From Burkholderiales bacterium (GTDB lineage: Bacteria > Pseudomonadota > Gammaproteobacteria > Burkholderiales > Burkholderiaceae_C): DNA of 47,562 bases. The DNA lies in the NCBI GenBank assembly GCA_947462065.1, contig CANHNO010000001.1, forward strand, positions 1 to 47,562, given 5' to 3'. A program made the translations under genes and the position numbers. Shown one piece after another: positions 43,661 through 47,562 of this stretch (the stretch's first letter is position 1; each line of letters begins with the position of its first letter). The notes below the pieces were generated by a model that was not told where the DNA came from, ran no database searches, and worked only from the letters and a program-made list of their open reading frames with translations.

Positions 43661-44237
43661 GTTTTGCGACTTGGGGTGTCATGTAGCCACCATGTAGCCA
43701 CTGGTACGGGGTCTTTCACCATGTGCACCCCAGCAGCACCGGCACGGTCAGCGCCCTACTGAACCACAGCCCCCATCAAAACGTTGTCCGTCGAGGCACT
43801 GGAAATCTCGCCAAGTCCAGACCCCACCCACTACCCACCCCCTTTTTCCTGCCGAACAGCCCCGGTCTGTATCGATCACTGTTCGTCACAAGTACGGCAG
43901 AAATTTCTGGGTGTGTGTCTAACGGTAGACAACGTTTCGACGGCTGTCAGCATCAACTCGGAGGGGGGTACCCCATGCGTTTTCCAGCAAAGCCGACCCC
44001 ACCGTACCCCCACCACCCCGAATTGCTGCGATGGGACCCAAATCACCCCTACACACTGTTTTGCACGAGCGATTTCGAAATCTTGGGATGAGCACGGTAC
44101 GGCGGTTCAAACGCGACGGTGAGCGAGGTTCAGATGGGCGCGCACGCCTGGGCTAGCGCAGCTCGCGACTGGGTAGCATTAGCATTAAAAACATCAGCAC
44201 CACCCCCCATAGCGTGCTTCAACCCAAACGATCGGCA

Positions 44238-46862
44238 ATGAAGTCGCCAGGAAAGCTCGTTGTTGACGAGTTTTATGTCCACCTCTCCTCGATCCATGAG
44301 GTCCAGAACGAAGAGGTCGTGACTGCGGTCCAGCGTGTTGCGACCGGCTTGCCTCGCTCCGGTGACCTGGAGCCGAACATCGCCAAGGTAAACCTGCGCA
44401 GCGGTCGAGTCTCCCTGCTTGCCTACCCCGAGTTTTTCGACGATCCGTTTCCCGCGCTTGCAGCCGCGTGGGTCTATCAGCCCGGGGCAACGTCGCCATC
44501 GTCGTTCCGAAGGTACGACGACACTCTCAATCCGCCGATCCTGCACCGTAAGGAACGGCTGATCTCAGCCAGACATCCTGATCGCGCACGTTGGGAGGAG
44601 ACAACCAAAGCAGCAGAAGCCATCGGTCTTTTTGACGAAACGTCCACTATCGGCTTTCGCCTCAACTGGGAGCGCCTTGTCGCCAGCAAAGGCTACAGGC
44701 TTGTAAACGCCGAGTTCATGCCAGTAGGCAACGACGACACATCGGATGTCGTCAGCGAATCGGGCGCCCCAGGTCTTCGGGTGCAGCGCCACCTTACCGC
44801 TCTCTCTCGCACCGCGCTGTCAGCGCCTGTGCAACTCCTCATTCGGCATGGTCTGCTTTCGCCAGCGCAGACCTTGTTTGACTATGGATGTGGTCGCGGC
44901 GGTGATGTTGCCGGACTCTGCGCTGAGGGATACGACGCGAGGGGCTGGGACCCGCACTTCGCTCCGGGTGCACCCCGGGCCGAGGCCGACCTTGTCAATC
45001 TGGGCTTTGTAGTCAACGTCATTGAAGACCCGGCTGAGCGTGTCGAGGCCCTCGTCGGCGCCTTCAAGCTCGCAAGAAGAGCATTGGTCGTGGGTGTCAT
45101 GCTGTGCGGTAACGACACACCAGGCAAGCCATTCCTCGACGGCTTCCTCACGTCACGCAACACGTTCCAGAAGTACTTCACTCAGGCCGAGTTCAAGGAC
45201 TATCTGGAGCATGTACTTGCTCGACCTGCTTTCATGGTCGGTCCTGGTGTTGCGTTCATTTTCGCCAGCTCTGAAGCCGAACAGCAGTTCAGCGCCGGCC
45301 GATACCGAAGCAATGGCTTAGCGGCGCGGTTGCTCGCTACGCGGGCACCTAAGGTGCGCGTGGTCGGCGAACCTAGGCCACCGAAGGAGCCCCGACCTGC
45401 AAAAGCGCCAAAGCCTGGAGGGGCGCCACGGGAAGTACGCCCGTCACAAGCTGAGTTGGAATTTGTCGCCGCCCGACCTGTGCTCGAAACCTTGTGGGCT
45501 CAGGCGCTCGACCTCGGCCGCTTTGCCGAGCCAGAAGAAGTTGCCGACCTTCCTGCGGTGCTACAAATCCTTGGCAGCCTCACCAGGGCTGCGAGGCTGC
45601 TTGCCAACCACTATGACTTCACTTTGCTTCAGTCCGCCAAGAAGACACGCACGGACGATCTTCGGCTCTTCATGGCGACCCAGCAATTTGCGAAGCGTCC
45701 GGCGTACCGACAGCTTGAGCCACGACTTCAGCGGGACATCAAAGCCTTCTTCGGCGGCTACAAGTCAGCACAAGACTCCGGGCTGCGCCTGCTCGCCGAG
45801 GCTGCAGAGCCAGCAAACATCCTTGCAGCTTGTAAGGACGCCGCTGCCCGGGGGCATGGATGGCTCGACGGGGAGCATTCACTTCAGCTCCATCTGTCGA
45901 TGGTCGAGCGGCTGTCCGCCGTACTGCGCGCCTACGTAACTTGCGGCTTGATCCTCTGGGATTCACTTACCGATGTTCAGCTCGTCAAGATTCATATCCG
46001 CTCTGGCAAGCTCACCTTAATGGAGTTCGACGGCTTCGACGAATCTCCCATACCCTTGCTCCGGCGACGCATAAAGGTCCACGTTCGTCGCCTCAACTAC
46101 GAGGTCTTTGAATACGGTAGTGCCGCGTTTCCAAAGCCAGCACTCTATCGAAAGAGCCGCTACCTAAATGAAGACTATCCAGGCTACGCCGAGCAGCTTG
46201 CATTCGACGAGGCATTGGAACGACATGGATTGATCTCCGCCGACGACCATGGTCCGTCACCCGACCGGCTTTCTGCGTTGCTGGAAGAGAAGCGCCTAGC
46301 TATCAGAGGCATCTGCCTCATCCGAAGCGAGTCAATTCCGGACCTCGATTCACGATGCGGTGCCAATTTTCGCTACCGCGACTTCATAGAGTGCGGGGAG
46401 ACCCAAAAACGTCTCGGCGTGCAAAACGTGCCACTACGGGCTGAGACGTACAACGCCATCTTCGACCTGGCAACAGAGATTCTCGACCCGTTAATTGACT
46501 ACTTCGGCTCCATACGCCTCACCTACGGCTTCGCCTCGGCTGGGCTAACCAAGCACATCGCGCAGGGGATAGCGCCCAGGCTCGATCAACACGCAGCGTG
46601 CGAGCACAGCACCCGCCGAACGCTCGTTTGTGATCGTGGAGGCGCGTCCTGCGACTTCATCGTGGAGGACGAAGACATGAAAGAAGTCGCCGACTGGATC
46701 GTTCGGAGCCTCCCGTTCGACCGGCTGTACTACTACGACCCTGGCCGCCCCGTTCACGTCAGCTTCTGTCCGACGCCGGCCAGCGAAGCTTTCGCGATGG
46801 TTCGTAGCCGAGCTGGGCGGCTCATGCCCCGCCCGTTTGTGATCGCTGAGACCGCACCTTAG
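44238..46862 (+). CDS. large multi-module protein with a DNA-phosphorothioation-associated putative methyltransferase core
   Basis: 874 aa from ATG 44238. RHLTALSRTALSAPVQLL...LFDYGCGRGGDVAGL...GWDPHF...ADLVNLGFVVNVIEDPAERVEAL matches my memory of the Dnd-associated methyltransferase family (SAM motif I DxGCGxG). A Pro/Lys-rich linker (nt 45360-45443) leads to a further ~460-aa region. Confidence 0.7.
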   Translation: MKSPGKLVVDEFYVHLSSIHEVQNEEVVTAVQRVATGLPRSGDLEPNIAKVNLRSGRVSLLAYPEFFDDPFPALAAAWVYQPGATSPSSFRRYDDTLNPPILHRKERLISARHPDRARWEETTKAAEAIGLFDETSTIGFRLNWERLVASKGYRLVNAEFMPVGNDDTSDVVSESGAPGLRVQRHLTALSRTALSAPVQLLIRHGLLSPAQTLFDYGCGRGGDVAGLCAEGYDARGWDPHFAPGAPRAEADLVNLGFVVNVIEDPAERVEALVGAFKLARRALVVGVMLCGNDTPGKPFLDGFLTSRNTFQKYFTQAEFKDYLEHVLARPAFMVGPGVAFIFASSEAEQQFSAGRYRSNGLAARLLATRAPKVRVVGEPRPPKEPRPAKAPKPGGAPREVRPSQAELEFVAARPVLETLWAQALDLGRFAEPEEVADLPAVLQILGSLTRAARLLANHYDFTLLQSAKKTRTDDLRLFMATQQFAKRPAYRQLEPRLQRDIKAFFGGYKSAQDSGLRLLAEAAEPANILAACKDAAARGHGWLDGEHSLQLHLSMVERLSAVLRAYVTCGLILWDSLTDVQLVKIHIRSGKLTLMEFDGFDESPIPLLRRRIKVHVRRLNYEVFEYGSAAFPKPALYRKSRYLNEDYPGYAEQLAFDEALERHGLISADDHGPSPDRLSALLEEKRLAIRGICLIRSESIPDLDSRCGANFRYRDFIECGETQKRLGVQNVPLRAETYNAIFDLATEILDPLIDYFGSIRLTYGFASAGLTKHIAQGIAPRLDQHAACEHSTRRTLVCDRGGASCDFIVEDEDMKEVADWIVRSLPFDRLYYYDPGRPVHVSFCPTPASEAFAMVRSRAGRLMPRPFVIAETAP

Positions 46863-47111
46863 AGGTGCGGGGGCATACGTACCGGTACCTGAGGCAGATT
46901 TAGCGGAGCCCTCGCCTCTCGCCACGCCAAAGGAGGCACGTCTCGATCGCTGGCAAGCGTTGTCCCGAGGCGAAGCGCCGTCAGGCTGGGGTACCATCCG
47001 ACCGGGCAGAGTTTTCGAGTGGCCCCATCAGTAGCGTGGCAGCTCGCTTTATCGAGCGCTAGCAACTTTTATGGTTGTCCTCGTTCCGCTGACGTTTTTG
47101 CGTGAGAGTGC

Positions 47112-47562
47112 ATGTCAGAAATTGTCGAGCGACCAGTAGCGGATCGATGGCGGGACATTGTCCGCATGGTCAAGGACGAGTACCTGTCTGCGGCGCAGCA
47201 TTACCCTTGGATCATCGGCTTCTCCGGGGGCAAGGACTCGTCGCTCGTGGCGCACGCCGTCTTTGAAGCGTTGCAGGCCGTACCGCCGTCTGCACGCACA
47301 CGACCGGTTCACATCGTCTCCAACGACACGCTCGTGGAGAGCCCGTTCGTCATGGCCCACCTGAACAAGGTGACGGTTCAGATCGAGAAGGCTGCCGACG
47401 ACATGGGTTTGCCGATCGTGGTCAGGCGCACGCGGCCTGATCTCGACAAGACTTTTTGGGTGCTGCTCATCGGCAAGGGCTATCCGAGTCCCAACTCTCA
47501 GATGCGATGGTGCACGGACAGGCTCAAGATTCAGCCGACCAGCACCTACATCCGCGAAAACA
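47112..47562 (+). CDS. dndC: DndC-like DNA phosphorothioation sulfurtransferase (PAPS-reductase/ATP-pyrophosphatase fold), 5' part
   Basis: Manual translation from ATG 47112 gives MSEIVERPVADRWRDIVRMVKDEYLSAAQHYPWIIGFSGGKDSSLVAHAV...HIVSNDTLVESP...TFWVLLIGKGYPSPNSQMRWCTDRLKIQP. It carries the SGGKDS PP-loop and the RWCT(D/E)RLKI motif typical of DndC. The frame is open to the window end. Confidence 0.8.
   Translation, partial: MSEIVERPVADRWRDIVRMVKDEYLSAAQHYPWIIGFSGGKDSSLVAHAVFEALQAVPPSARTRPVHIVSNDTLVESPFVMAHLNKVTVQIEKAADDMGLPIVVRRTRPDLDKTFWVLLIGKGYPSPNSQMRWCTDRLKIQPTSTYIREN

Larger units (their letters stand above)
43603..47562. mobile_element. putative horizontally acquired segment inserted next to tRNA-Lys (no integrase seen; far end outside window)
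   Basis: From the tRNA 3' end onward the composition becomes less GC-rich and the GC3 bias weakens. The gene content (Dnd-associated methyltransferase, dndC-like) is typical of accessory DNA. Confidence 0.45.

Noticed and set aside
43723-44122. Two overlapping plus-strand ORFs (122 and 112 aa) downstream of the tRNAs
   Set aside because: They are Pro/His/Thr-rich low-complexity translations of C-rich DNA, with no RBS and no family resemblance. I treat the region as non-coding.
44130-44546. 138-aa minus-strand ORF
   Set aside because: It overlaps the N-terminus of the 874-aa gene in antisense and shows no codon bias or motifs.
43603-47562. Looked for an integrase, transposase or att direct repeat next to the tRNA-Lys genes
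   Set aside because: None is recognisable in the available sequence, so the island call stays tentative and rests only on composition and gene content.

Overview
High-GC proteobacterial chromosome, probably a betaproteobacterium of the Comamonadaceae type judging by gene content; this assignment is tentative. I call about 50 protein genes and two tandem tRNA-Lys genes. I recognised no rRNA, CRISPR array, transposase or integrase.

Layout:
- 1-14.9 kb: housekeeping genes (ppnP, argG, DEDDh exonuclease, S9 prolyl oligopeptidase, GNAT, yaeQ, cspA-family, S4-domain protein, 2OG-Fe dioxygenase, SDR, RluA-family, ABC exporter, pterin dehydratase, DUF808, FKBP, dusC).
- 15.0-22.0 kb: a minus-strand chemotaxis-like but CheW-less signalling operon. 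It encodes a membrane HAMP-PAS-Hpt-CheA-type kinase, a minimal soluble MCP-tip protein, two CheX-like proteins and CheY. An EAL-CBS-GGDDF protein follows.
- 22.5-27.4 kb: metallophosphoesterase, Tim44-like protein, orphan NtrC-type sigma-54 activator, HAD phosphatase, L,D-transpeptidase-like protein.
- 27.5-39.7 kb: the most unusual part. An rpoN (sigma-54) paralog sits outside its canonical context, surrounded by eight hand-identified -24/-12 (GG-N10-GC) elements. All are intergenic and all point at start codons. They precede a KaiC-like ATPase operon (unknown 147-aa protein, KaiC-like, GGDEF-histidine kinase fusion), two DUF4398 lipoproteins (one fused to OmpA), a hybrid kinase, a Met/Pro-repeat secreted protein, a hypothetical-GT2 operon, a Crp-family regulator and rpoN itself.
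- 39.8-43.4 kb: tolB-pal-cpoB-tcdA.
- 43.4-43.6 kb: tRNA-Lys(UUU) and tRNA-Lys(CUU).
- 43.6 kb to the end: a visibly less GC-rich, probably horizontally acquired segment. It carries an 874-aa multi-module protein with a Dnd-associated methyltransferase core, then the 5' part of a dndC-like phosphorothioation gene.

All calls rest on reading the sequence and the ORF track from memory of protein families. No database search was possible.
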